DNA of 11,427 nt from an archaeon (GTDB taxonomy: Archaea; SpSt-1190; DYHY01): positions 1 through 11,427 of the forward strand of contig JBBIPP010000014.1 in NCBI GenBank assembly GCA_037442745.1. The letters run 5' to 3'. The notes under the pieces were generated by a model. It made no database searches. It had not been told where the DNA came from and worked only from the letters and a program-made list of their open reading frames with translations. Position 1 is the first letter of the stretch, and each line of letters starts with the position of its first letter. Below are positions 1 to 7,680 of this stretch, piece after piece. The translations under genes and the position numbers were made by a program.

Positions 1-215
1 CGGCTCCGCCTCGCGTTCCCGAGAGACTTCACTGATGTTCAGCCTCCTCGTCCGCCAAACTTTACGAAAGTTTGACCAAAAAGGGCGTTTGTCGCAAACG
101 CCTTGGCTTTTACGTGAATGTTTTGTTATAGACAAAAGGCGTCGTTGCAACTCCTTCATTGTAAACTTCGCTCATTCAGAGATTTCGCAAATCCCTATTC
201 TTTCTTCAGCCTCCT
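1..215. repeat. Non-coding cluster of short stem-loops (REP-like palindromic array)
   Basis: CAAACTTT-ACG-AAAGTTTG (56-74), GGCGTTTG-TCG-CAAACGCC (84-102), TTTTGT-TATAG-ACAAAA (121-137), palindrome GTTGCAAC (144-151) and GATTT-CGC-AAATC (181-193). The 11-bp direct repeat TTCAGCCTCCT occurs at 38-48 and 205-215. Confidence 0.6.
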
Positions 216-317
216 AGTTCAAGGCTCGCTCCCAATCTTCGGAACCCGGACTTTGCTTGCCGGCTCGGCCGCTTACTAGGAAACAATTATAGCTCCCCTT
301 TCCTGAAATGTTCCGGT

Positions 318-681
318 ATGGACTATCAGATAATCCCCCTAAACAGCGCGTTCTCAGCTGCCAATTCCGTTCTCTCTTTCGTCTACGCTTTCTCGGCCCT
401 GAAATCCGCGACAATTCTCTCCGACAAAAAGTCTCTCGCCAGGATGAAGGCTGGGTATTTCCTCTCAATAGAAAAAACAGTCATTTCCTGGAAGCTGATT
501 TTTGCGGCAAGCGCGGTTTTCTTCCTCCAATATTTCGCGACAACCCTCTTCCTCCTTGGAGTCTATCAATCCCGACATTCTACGTCCTCCTAGGGATGTA
601 TGTACTGGAGGCAGTCTTCATTCTCCTTCTTGCGGCAGCCTTGTCCCCAACTATCTTATAATAAGGAAATATTCCGGATAG
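318..681 (+). pseudogene. Frameshifted small integral membrane protein (about 3 TM segments), family unknown
   Basis: ATG318 frame gives hydrophobic segments to ...LFLLGVYQS. A -1 shift near 565-575 continues IPTFYVLLGMYVLEAVFILLLAAALS. A probable second -1 shift near 645-650 gives NYLIIRKYSG-TAG(679-681), ending 6 nt before the pirin ATG. Confidence 0.55.
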
Positions 682-687
682 GGAATT

Positions 688-1395
688 ATGGAGAATATCC
701 GGGCGGACTCGCGCTTTTCACGGAAGGCTTCCTCACTTTAGACATACAATCTGTTCTCAATTGGGGAATACGGCTAACAGAAGAACAATTCGTTCGGGAC
801 CTCTAGGTCTTCAACGACGACTTTATCTTCCCGTGAACAGGTTTTCCCTTCCGCCCAAATGCGAATTTCTAGATATTGACAATTGTTGCGGACGGAGCCC
901 TAACGCACTCTGATTCGGAGGGGAATTCGAGACAATATCGGCCGGAAACTCCCAAAGAATGTCCGCCTGAACGGGAATTGTCCACTATGAATTCAACCTC
1001 CCGGAAAAGCCCGTTCGCCTCTTCCAAATATTGTTCTCCCCTCTAAAGAAGAACGTCCAGCAAGCCTACAAGACTGGAAATGGGGTTTTCTGGAAGAATT
1101 CGCTCGCCCCTTGCACGGTTCCGGAAGCGGAACTTTCCTCCGGGAGGAAAAAGGAGAAATCCAAAATCTCCTTGAACGCGAACGCGCGCATTTTCGCCCT
1201 AGAGCTCTCCTCCGGAAAAACCCTTTCCCTCGGAAAAACCCTGACTGGACGGACTTTTGTCCATCTGTTCTCGGGAAAGGCGTCAATAGGAAATCTTGCG
1301 CTTTCCCCCTGAGACCGGGCAAGGATAACTGGGGAGGAGAACATTCCGATTAGTTGGCTCCCTGCGCGCCCAAGGCAATAATAATCAATCTTTGA
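688..1395 (+). pseudogene. Pirin-family (YhhW-like bicupin, quercetin 2,3-dioxygenase-like) pseudogene
   Basis: Reconstructed across frames: MENIRADSRF..L*TYNLFSIGEYG*QKNNSFGT / VFNDDFIFP*TGFPFRPNANF*ILTIVADGALTHSDSEGN / ETISAGNSQRMSA*TGIVHYEFNLPEKPVRLFQILF..ISLNANARIFALEL..FVHLFSGKASIGNLALSP*DRARITGE / KAIIINL*. This matches the recalled pirin motifs LRVxNDD, PGxGFxxHPH, LxHxDSxGN, QxMSAGTGIxHSEFN, QIW and GDxA. Six premature stops (739, 775, 834, 870, 968, 1310) and three frameshifts (~805, ~928, ~1355-1370). About 235 codons, the expected size. Confidence 0.88.
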
Positions 1396-1410
1396 ATTTC
1401 ATCCAAGAAT

Positions 1411-1525
1411 AAAAAATGCTCTGGTGCCAGTGCTATCGCACGGATCTCGGCCGATTCCTCGACGACTGTCGGGATTTCCCCACCGGATTTCGCTCGCATT
1501 ATTGTTCGCTCAATAACCCGAATTT
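1411..1525 (-). repeat. Interrupted degenerate copy of the tRNA-Gly 3' end (T-arm, acceptor strand, CCA, trailer)
   Basis: 1418-1427 equals 1567-1576 (GCTCTGGTGC). 1464-1477 matches 1577-1590 at 13/14. 1515-1525 matches 1592-1602 at 10/11. The blocks are colinear and separated by inserts at 1428-1463 and 1478-1514. Confidence 0.7.
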
Positions 1526-1544
1526 TCCTTTTCCCCGAAAGCTG

Positions 1545-1565
1545 TTTTCTTTCCGAAAGAAAAAA
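1545..1565 (-). terminator. Putative tRNA-Gly terminator (T-tract within an 8-bp hairpin)
   Basis: On the minus strand TTTTTT follows the CCA by 5 nt. TTTTCTTT-CCG-AAAGAAAA inverted repeat at 1545-1563. Confidence 0.45.
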
Positions 1566-1570
1566 GGCTC

Positions 1571-1648
1571 TGGTGCGACGGTCGGGATTTGAACCCGAGT
1601 TTGTGCGTTGGCAACGCACGATCCTAGACCAGGCTAGATGACCGTCGC
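1571..1648 (-). tRNA. tRNA-Gly (anticodon GCC), CCA encoded, no intron
   Basis: Reverse complement folds with acceptor GCGACGG/CCGTCGC, anticodon arm GTGCG-TTGCCAA-CGCAC, T-arm TCGGG-TTCAAAT-CCCGA and 3' ACCA. TATA-like TTAAAAA at 1680-1674. Confidence 0.97.
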
Positions 1649-1811
1649 TTGGTTTTTCCGTAATTTGAGGAGGTTTTTAACTCTATCCTCGGAAAAACTT
1701 TTCAATAAAACCAGGTTGAGCGAAGCGAAATCCGTGGCAATTAATATAGAGCCACGGACTAGATGACCGTCGCTTGGTTTTTCCGTAATTTGAGGAGGTT
1801 TTTAACTCTAT
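1634..1811. repeat. Perfect 53-bp direct repeat (1634-1686 and 1759-1811) containing the tRNA-Gly promoter and its first 15 nt
   Basis: CTAGATGACCGTCGCTTGGTTTTTCCGTAATTTGAGGAGGTTTTTAACTCTAT occurs twice. The 72-bp spacer contains the hairpin TCCGTGGC-N12-GCCACGGA (1731-1758). Confidence 0.95.
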
Positions 1812-1847
1812 TTTTGCAGAGAGACCTTTCTGATAGAACCTACTTGA

Positions 1848-1925
1848 CCGGTGTCGATAGCGACCCGACAAGGGGAAAATCGTGCCGATAAAGCTGGCAC
1901 CAGAGCTCGTTTTCCTTCCAGAAAA
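1848..1925 (+). repeat. Inverted degenerate copy of the tRNA-Gly 3' end, related to 1411-1486
   Basis: CTGGCACCAGAGC (1894-1906) is the exact reverse complement of 1418-1430. Colinear similarity continues through TATCG/CACG, TGTCGGG (CCCGACA at 1864-1870) and CACCGG (1848-1853). 1907-1925 resembles the tRNA trailer. Confidence 0.6.
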
Positions 1926-1932
1926 AAGCCCC

Positions 1933-2289
1933 CTATCCAAAGATAGAAACGCACTTGCCCTGCAAGCAGTCGACTCCTGCCACTGCCCTGCACTTGTAGA
2001 CGCAGTCGCTCTCATAGCCTTCGACAATCCTCTGAATCTCGTTCGCCCTGTCCTTCCGGACAGCAAGACCGCATCCGAACGGGCATTTCGAACCAATTGA
2101 AATGCAGTCGTTTTTGGATGAACAGGCCTTTGCGGAACTTAGCTTTTCAGATATTTCCTCAGGGGTTTTTGGTTCTGGCGCCTTGAAAAAATATCCTGAA
2201 AGAAGAAAAATCCCAAGCAAAACGAGAACTCCGATAGAGACGATTTTCCCGTCAATTTCCATTTTATTTGCCAATTTTGCTTCTGTCAT
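1933..2289 (-). CDS. Small membrane-anchored or secreted Cys-rich hypothetical protein
   Basis: 118 aa with an N-terminal hydrophobic stretch (IVSIGVLVLLGIFLLSGYFF) and then 8 Cys (CSSKNDC..KCPFGC..DCVYKC..DCLQGKC). An alternative start at MEIDGK is possible. Confidence 0.8.
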   Translation of the reverse strand: MTEAKLANKMEIDGKIVSIGVLVLLGIFLLSGYFFKAPEPKTPEEISEKLSSAKACSSKNDCISIGSKCPFGCGLAVRKDRANEIQRIVEGYESDCVYKCRAVAGVDCLQGKCVSIFG

Positions 2290-2627
2290 TTATTAATTCC
2301 TGCCCCTTTTCATCCAAACAAGTTCCTTTTGCTACTCCTCTGCTCTGCCGAAAGGGACAATTCCGTCCAATCCCCTGGAACAATTTTATCCAACAAAAGT
2401 ATTTAACAACACTATTCGAAAAAACGCTCCACCAAAATGGAGACTGCTGAAGGAAAAGAAGTTTTCTCGTCCTTTAGCTTGAGCTCAATTATTTTTCTTG
2501 GTGGCACCCTCGCCCGGATTATTTGAACCGGGTCTATAGGACCGCCTGAATTGTGACAATAAGGACGGACCTCCAAAATTGCAGGATTTTTGTGTTTTTT
2601 CGAAAAACAAAAAAGTGAAAATAAAAA

Positions 2628-2942
2628 ATGAAAACAACAATATATGGAATGATTGATAACCAGAACGGTTTCAGATACTCCACCGACCAATTGCGTGGAC
2701 TAAGAAGATACGGAAGGGCAATAGTTGGAGGTTCCCCCCATTTGTGGAAAAGTTTTGTAGGAAGAGCATATGCGAATAGCTCTGGGGCAAGTGGTTCCGG
2801 GAGTTCCGATTCTGCTCCTGCTCCGGCTACCAAAACAGTTGCCGAAGTTGACCTTGTTTCGGGGAATGTGACTCTGTATGAAGTTGCTGTCGAGCCGGAG
2901 ACGTTAGAAAAAGTTTCTTTAGGGGTTGTTGTGACGCCATGA
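2628..2942 (+). CDS. Hypothetical protein with a central Ser/Gly/Ala-rich linker
   Basis: 104 aa ORF after an A-rich leader. Its stop overlaps the next ATG (ATGA). No family recognised. Confidence 0.55.
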   Translation: MKTTIYGMIDNQNGFRYSTDQLRGLRRYGRAIVGGSPHLWKSFVGRAYANSSGASGSGSSDSAPAPATKTVAEVDLVSGNVTLYEVAVEPETLEKVSLGVVVTP

Positions 2943-3202
2943 GTTCAATCCTCACAGCGCGTTGGCAATTCACCGCATATTCAGAGGAAGAGGCAAGCGC
3001 GTTAGGGGTGACTCCCAGAGATGCTCCTGTAGTTGGCGCATCCGACCTTGCCAATAATTATTCTCCCGCGAAATTCGGAGAGCATGAGGAGGTTGTCGCA
3101 TATGTCCCCTTGGTTGATCTAGCCCCTCCCGGGCCTGCTGTATATGTTCCAGTAAAGGCGGGCGCTCCCGAGAGGTTTTCCTCCGAGCTATTTGGGGTGT
3201 AG
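2939..3202 (+). CDS. Hypothetical protein, translationally coupled to 2628-2942
   Basis: 87 aa, ATGA overlap with the upstream ORF, protein-like composition, ends before the SRP RNA 3' end. No family recognised. Confidence 0.5.
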   Translation: MSSILTARWQFTAYSEEEASALGVTPRDAPVVGASDLANNYSPAKFGEHEEVVAYVPLVDLAPPGPAVYVPVKAGAPERFSSELFGV

Positions 3203-3269
3203 GGAAAAAAAGCCAGTGCATATTTAGCGAAATTGTACTTGATCAGGCTCTGCTGGACTTGAGTTTCAG

Positions 3270-3552
3270 TGCCAGCATCCGGCTTTGATGAAGGGGAACG
3301 TGGGTATACAAAACCCTTACCTCCATTCCGCAACCCCAAGGACGCTCAATGGAGAACCTATGGTTGCTTCCTTCCGGATCTGGCCCATTCAGTTTCCACA
3401 GGCTCCGTTGGGACGAAACTTCGCTGTTGGGGGTGTGTGCAGGGACCCAAATTCCACCCAAACCTAGTACCGGCTTGTTCAGCCTGCCGTAAAGCCCGTT
3501 TGCAGTCCCCCTTTCAGGTTCAGGTCAGGGCTAGCGACCCGCCTAGCTGGCA
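3270..3552 (-). ncRNA. ffs: Archaeal signal recognition particle (7S) RNA
   Basis: The minus strand contains the helix-8 signature GGGCCAGATCCGGAAGGAAGCAACC (~3362-3386). Terminal helix 1 TGCCAGC/GCTGGCA closes about 283 nt. TATA-like TTAAAAA lies 22-28 nt upstream. Confidence 0.9.
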
Positions 3553-3573
3553 AGATGTGAGAATGCCTCAATG

Positions 3574-3593
3574 TTTTTAAGTTTTTTTATAAA
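3574..3593. promoter_or_regulatory. Back-to-back TATA boxes for SRP RNA (-) and dph2 (+)
   Basis: TTAAAAA on minus at 3580-3574. TTTATAAA on plus at 3586-3593, 26 nt before the dph2 ATG, consistent with a leaderless mRNA. Confidence 0.6.
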
Positions 3594-3619
3594 CAGCCGA
3601 TTTCCGGATTATTGCAACA

Positions 3620-4585
3620 ATGCCAAAGGAGGGCCTCGAACTGCTTCCGAAAATCCGCTCAGTTATTGCCAAATCCAGGGCGAAAAGAATTCTAATACAC
3701 CTCCCCGCAGGCCTCTCCCATCTTGCATTCGAGCTAGAGTCGGGGAGGCCCAAAGGAAAATCATTGGTTTTCTGGAGCGAGGGGTGCTACGGCGCCTGCG
3801 ACATTCCTCACATTCAGGCCAAGTTCTTCAAATGCTCTCTGATAGTCTCAGTCGGCCACTCCCCGATGCGTCACTGGAACAAATTGGCTGTCAAGACAAT
3901 TTTCGTCGAATATTTCAAGGGAAAGCCGGAGGATTTGAAGCTACCGGAAATCCCCGGGAAAAGAATTGCCATAGTTTCTTCAAACCAGTTCCTCAATCTC
4001 CTGCCTGAGGCGAAAAAACAGCTGAAAGAAATTGGGAAAATCCCCCTTGTCGGGAAATCAGGGGCGATGTGTTCAGTCGACGGTCAGGTTACCGGATGCG
4101 ACTTTGTATCAGCAGTCCAGTTCAGGAAGAGGGCGGATTCCGTCCTGATTCTTGGGGAAGGAAGCTTCCATTCAGGAGGCTTGGCTGAGGCTGTCGGAAT
4201 CCCTTGCTATCAGGTCGACCCTGCCGAAGGGGTTCTTCGGAAACTAGAGCCAGATTTGAAGAGGAAAAACCGCCTAAACTTTCTCTACTGGAGGGAAGTT
4301 TTCGGAATACTGGTATCAGCAAAGCCGGGGCAAGAGCACTTGTCCCTTGCTTTCTCTGTAAAGGAAAAGCTCGAGAATCTTGGGAAGAAGGCAATAATTC
4401 TTGCTGGGGACACTTTTTCGCCGATGACAATAGGGAATTTTCCGGAAATAGAGGTTCTGATAACCTGCGCCTGCCCAAGAATTGCCGACGATTCCGAGAA
4501 CTATTCCCTTCCAATACTCTCGGCCGAGGAAGTTTTGAAAAGCTTGGCTATATCGGAGAAAAATGACAAGTTCTTCTCTCAGTAA
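3620..4585 (+). CDS. dph2: Diphthamide biosynthesis enzyme Dph2 (non-canonical radical SAM, 2-(3-amino-3-carboxypropyl)histidine synthase)
   Basis: 321 aa. The three Fe-S Cys motifs CYGACD, GQVTGC and ACPRI are present, as are VGHS, FHxxG and GILVSAKPGQ. Confidence 0.93.
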   Translation: MPKEGLELLPKIRSVIAKSRAKRILIHLPAGLSHLAFELESGRPKGKSLVFWSEGCYGACDIPHIQAKFFKCSLIVSVGHSPMRHWNKLAVKTIFVEYFKGKPEDLKLPEIPGKRIAIVSSNQFLNLLPEAKKQLKEIGKIPLVGKSGAMCSVDGQVTGCDFVSAVQFRKRADSVLILGEGSFHSGGLAEAVGIPCYQVDPAEGVLRKLEPDLKRKNRLNFLYWREVFGILVSAKPGQEHLSLAFSVKEKLENLGKKAIILAGDTFSPMTIGNFPEIEVLITCACPRIADDSENYSLPILSAEEVLKSLAISEKNDKFFSQ

Positions 4586-5259
4586 ATTCCCTTCTCACCA
4601 ATTGAGAATTCAAGAGTTCTCCCCTCTGGAAGGCTCCTCGATTTGATTATTGTCGCCCTCCTCTTTCCCGGAGCTTCCAGCTTTTCAAGGAGCACTATTG
4701 TCTTCGGGAGATAGGACATTACGTTTCCACCGGCAATTCCTGTTTTCCCGTCCTTTTTCCTATATGTGTGGCCAGTGACAATTACAGGGATTTTCTTCCC
4801 AATTGAGAGCCTGTTTAGTTCCAATAGCTGTGCCGAGAGCCGGATATTTGCTTCCCTTGCAGTAGAGTCCCTGAGAAGTAGCCGATAGTTTCCGACAATT
4901 GAATCGACAATTGCCGCTGAAAGGCCTCTCTGCCGTGCAAGAGCGAGTATTGCCTCCTCCTGGCTTCTGAAATCATGCGCCCGCCTGAGAAGGACGTTTT
5001 TCAATTGGGATTTTCCGTCAAGTTGGATAATTCTCTCGGCCGAGAGCCCGCCCTCCGTGTCAATATATGCGACTTTTCCCCCCTTTCTCAGGACTGAGAT
5101 TGTCAGAAGGGCTGAAATGAGGGTTTTCCCGCTTCCCGCTTCCCCGACAATTGCGGTAAAGCCTTCCCGCTCAAAGCCCCCGCCAAGGAATTTGTCGAAA
5201 GAAGGGGATATTCCAACCCGTTCAATTGGCCACAGTTCAGTTTCAGCCATCTTCCTCAC
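4579..5259 (-). CDS. radB: DNA repair and recombination protein RadB (RecA-superfamily paralog)
   Basis: 226 aa RecA core without an N-terminal domain: FDKFLGGG, Walker A GEAGSGKT, YIDTEGGLSAERI, Walker B AAIVDS. The start may be ATG 5250. Its stop overlaps the dph2 stop convergently (4579-4585). Confidence 0.88.
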   Translation of the reverse strand: MRKMAETELWPIERVGISPSFDKFLGGGFEREGFTAIVGEAGSGKTLISALLTISVLRKGGKVAYIDTEGGLSAERIIQLDGKSQLKNVLLRRAHDFRSQEEAILALARQRGLSAAIVDSIVGNYRLLLRDSTAREANIRLSAQLLELNRLSIGKKIPVIVTGHTYRKKDGKTGIAGGNVMSYLPKTIVLLEKLEAPGKRRATIIKSRSLPEGRTLEFSIGEKGIY

Positions 5260-5276
5260 AGCCCCCTGTTCCTAGG

Positions 5277-5324
5277 TTTAATAAAAACCACCATTCTTTT
5301 TATACTAAAAGAACGCCACCAATC
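5277..5324. promoter_or_regulatory. Divergent radB/cdc48 promoter region with a palindrome over the putative cdc48 TATA box
   Basis: TTTTTATTAAA on minus (~5287-5277) and TTTTTATA on plus (5297-5304). Inverted repeat TTCTTTT-N6-AAAAGAA at 5294-5313. Confidence 0.45.
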
Positions 5325-5349
5325 CAATCGAGGAAGTGAGTTCCGAAAA

Positions 5350-7680
5350 ATGCCGGGAGAATCAAAGAATCCAAACAATAACGGCTCTGACAAGGGCAAT
5401 TCGGGGCCAAAGGCGGAGGTCAAAGTCGCTGAAATTCCGACTGGACGGCAAGACGATGTCGGCCGCGGGATTGTCCGAATAGAATCGAGGACAATGCGGG
5501 CAATCGGCGTCTCTCCCGGGGAAGCAATTGAAATTGAGGGGACTAGGAAATCTGTCGCAGTTGTTGACAACGCATACCCATCGGACATTGGTCTTGGGAT
5601 AATCCGGATGGACGGCCTCACTAGGCGGAATGTCGGGACAAGCGTCGGGGAAGCTGTTTTTATCAGGCGCGCCCAGGCAACTGACGCGAAAAAGATTACA
5701 ATTGCCCCTGCGCAGTCGGGGATGATGGTCGAACTCCCTCCGAAAACCCTCTCAGCAGTTCTTATGGGGAGATCAGTCGTAAAGGGCGACATAATCCAAT
5801 TGAAGGGAATAACTTCTAGGAGCCGGGGCTGGAACAATCCATTCGACGAGGTAATGGACATATTCGACCAGAACGCGTTTTTCGGATTGGGAGAACTGAA
5901 GTTCGTTGTAACGAACACAACCCCTTCAGGGGTTGTGAGAATTACCGAGGCAACCGAACTAGACGCCCTCTCTGAGCCGACAGAAGTTTCAGAGGAAAGG
6001 ATTCCCGAGGTCACTTACGAGGACATTGGCGGGTTGGGAGATGAGGTGAGAAAGGTCAGGGAAATGATAGAGCTTCCTCTGAAGCATCCTGAGCTCTTCG
6101 ACCACCTGGGGATTTCCCCGCCGAAAGGAGTTCTTCTCTACGGTCCGCCCGGAACCGGTAAGACGCTTTTGGCAAAGGCAGTAGCGAACGAGACGAACGC
6201 GCACTTTGTCATAATTAACGGGCCTGAAGTAATGAGCAAGTTCGTCGGGGAAGCGGAGAAGAAAGTTAGGGACGTCTTTGAGGAGGCGACAGGAAACGCT
6301 CCGGCAATAATTTTCATTGACGAAATTGACGCAATTGCCACGAAGAGGGACGAGAGTCAGGGAGCCGAAGGGCGCGTTGTCGCGCAACTATTGGCTTCAA
6401 TGGACGGGATGAACAAGCGGGGGCAGGTAATGGTAATTGCGGCAACGAACAGGCCGAACGCACTCGACCCTGCCCTGAGAAGGACTGGAAGGTTTGACAG
6501 GGAAATTGAGATGGGCGTTCCGACAAGGCAGGGAAGGAAGGAGGTCCTCCTCATCCATACGAGGAACATGCCTCTCTCAAAAGACGTCAACCTTGACAAA
6601 ATTGCCGACACTACCCACGGTTATGTTGGCGCTGATTTGGAAGGGCTCTGCAAGGAAGCCGCAATGAACGCGCTCAGGCGGAATCTCCCGAATTTCAACA
6701 TGACTGACGACGAGGTAATCTCAAAAGAAGTCCTCGATAAATTGGAAGTGACAATGGACGACTTCAACGATGGCAAGAAAATGATAGAGCCTTCCGCAAT
6801 GAGGGAAGTAATGGTGGAGATTCCGAACGTAAAATGGGCTGACATCGGCTCCCTTGATAATGTAAAGGAGGAACTGAAAGAGTCCGTTGAATGGCCTCTC
6901 AAGAACAGGGAAATGTTTTCCAGAATGGGAATAAAACCGCCCAAGGGAATTGTCCTATACGGTCCGCCGGGAACTGGAAAGACCCTCCTTGCGAAAGCCG
7001 TTGCAAACGAAAGCGAGGCGAATTTCATATCAGTAAAGGGTCCTGAGGTTCTCTCGAAATGGGTCGGAGAGTCTGAGAAGGCAATTAGGGAGATTTTCAG
7101 GAGAGCCCGGCAGGTTGCTCCCTGCATAATCTTCTTCGACGAAATCGACTCTATTGCTCAAATCAGGGGAACTGAGACTGGAGGAGCAAAAGTGGGAGAG
7201 AGGATAGTGAACCAGCTCCTGACAGAAATGGATGGCCTAGAGGAACTCCGTGACGTTATTGTGATTGCGGCGACTAACAGGCCGGACCTTGTTGACGCTG
7301 GATTGATGCGTGCTGGAAGGTTCGACCGCCACATTTATGTCCATGTTCCGGCAGAGGAAGACAGACTGAAAATTCTTGAAATCCACACGAAAGGGATGCC
7401 AATTGCAAAGGAAGTTGACCTGAAGGAAATTGCGAAAAGGACTGAGAACTATACAGGAGCGGATCTCTCGGGAATCTGCAGGGAAGCCGCAATGTTTGCG
7501 CTCAGAGACGACCAGAAGGCGACCGAGGTAAAGGCAAGCCACTTTGAGAAAGCTCTTGAAAAGGTGGGACCGACGGTGACTGACGACATAAAGAGGTTCT
7601 ACGAGAAGGTCCAGGACAATTTCAAGGCGGCCGCATTCAAGCAGAAAAGCAAGGGAGAGTATGATCCGTTCACAAGGTGA
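5350..7680 (+). CDS. cdc48: CDC48/VAT family AAA+ ATPase
   Basis: 776 aa. N-domain ([20 protein letters not shown]) and two AAA modules, each with GPPGTGKT, a DEID Walker B and an AATNRP..D..R.GRFDR second region of homology. Confidence 0.97.
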   Translation: MPGESKNPNNNGSDKGNSGPKAEVKVAEIPTGRQDDVGRGIVRIESRTMRAIGVSPGEAIEIEGTRKSVAVVDNAYPSDIGLGIIRMDGLTRRNVGTSVGEAVFIRRAQATDAKKITIAPAQSGMMVELPPKTLSAVLMGRSVVKGDIIQLKGITSRSRGWNNPFDEVMDIFDQNAFFGLGELKFVVTNTTPSGVVRITEATELDALSEPTEVSEERIPEVTYEDIGGLGDEVRKVREMIELPLKHPELFDHLGISPPKGVLLYGPPGTGKTLLAKAVANETNAHFVIINGPEVMSKFVGEAEKKVRDVFEEATGNAPAIIFIDEIDAIATKRDESQGAEGRVVAQLLASMDGMNKRGQVMVIAATNRPNALDPALRRTGRFDREIEMGVPTRQGRKEVLLIHTRNMPLSKDVNLDKIADTTHGYVGADLEGLCKEAAMNALRRNLPNFNMTDDEVISKEVLDKLEVTMDDFNDGKKMIEPSAMREVMVEIPNVKWADIGSLDNVKEELKESVEWPLKNREMFSRMGIKPPKGIVLYGPPGTGKTLLAKAVANESEANFISVKGPEVLSKWVGESEKAIREIFRRARQVAPCIIFFDEIDSIAQIRGTETGGAKVGERIVNQLLTEMDGLEELRDVIVIAATNRPDLVDAGLMRAGRFDRHIYVHVPAEEDRLKILEIHTKGMPIAKEVDLKEIAKRTENYTGADLSGICREAAMFALRDDQKATEVKASHFEKALEKVGPTVTDDIKRFYEKVQDNFKAAAFKQKSKGEYDPFTR

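Noticed and set aside
688-1395. Stop-codon recoding (TGA=Gly, as in code 25) suggested by TGA at three conserved Gly sites of pirin
   Set aside because: The same gene also has TAG and TAA stops, three frameshifts and lost His ligands. cdc48 and radB end at TGA at expected lengths, and none of the intact genes needs readthrough.
318-1395. Sequencing error as the cause of the broken ORFs
   Set aside because: Many lesions are substitutions, and four long neighbouring genes (up to 2.3 kb) have none. It cannot be fully excluded without reads.
1634-1811. attL/attR pair of an integrated provirus, or a mini-CRISPR
   Set aside because: Only 72 bp lie between the repeats, there is no integrase, and the repeat is the tRNA 5' end plus promoter. 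Kept as a duplication, not called a mobile element.
1350-2100. ORFs 1350-1619, 1683-2096, 1808-1993 and 1882-2100
   Set aside because: They run through the tRNA, its repeats or the Cys-rich gene, and show no independent coding signal.
2396-2527. TATA-like element followed by a 29-codon ORF (METAEGKEVF..., ATG 2438)
   Set aside because: Too short and no recognisable family. It may be another gene remnant but cannot be supported.
3058-3580. ORFs 3058-3339, 3243-3461, 3269-3580 and 3285-3467
   Set aside because: They overlap the SRP RNA and have no recognisable protein features.
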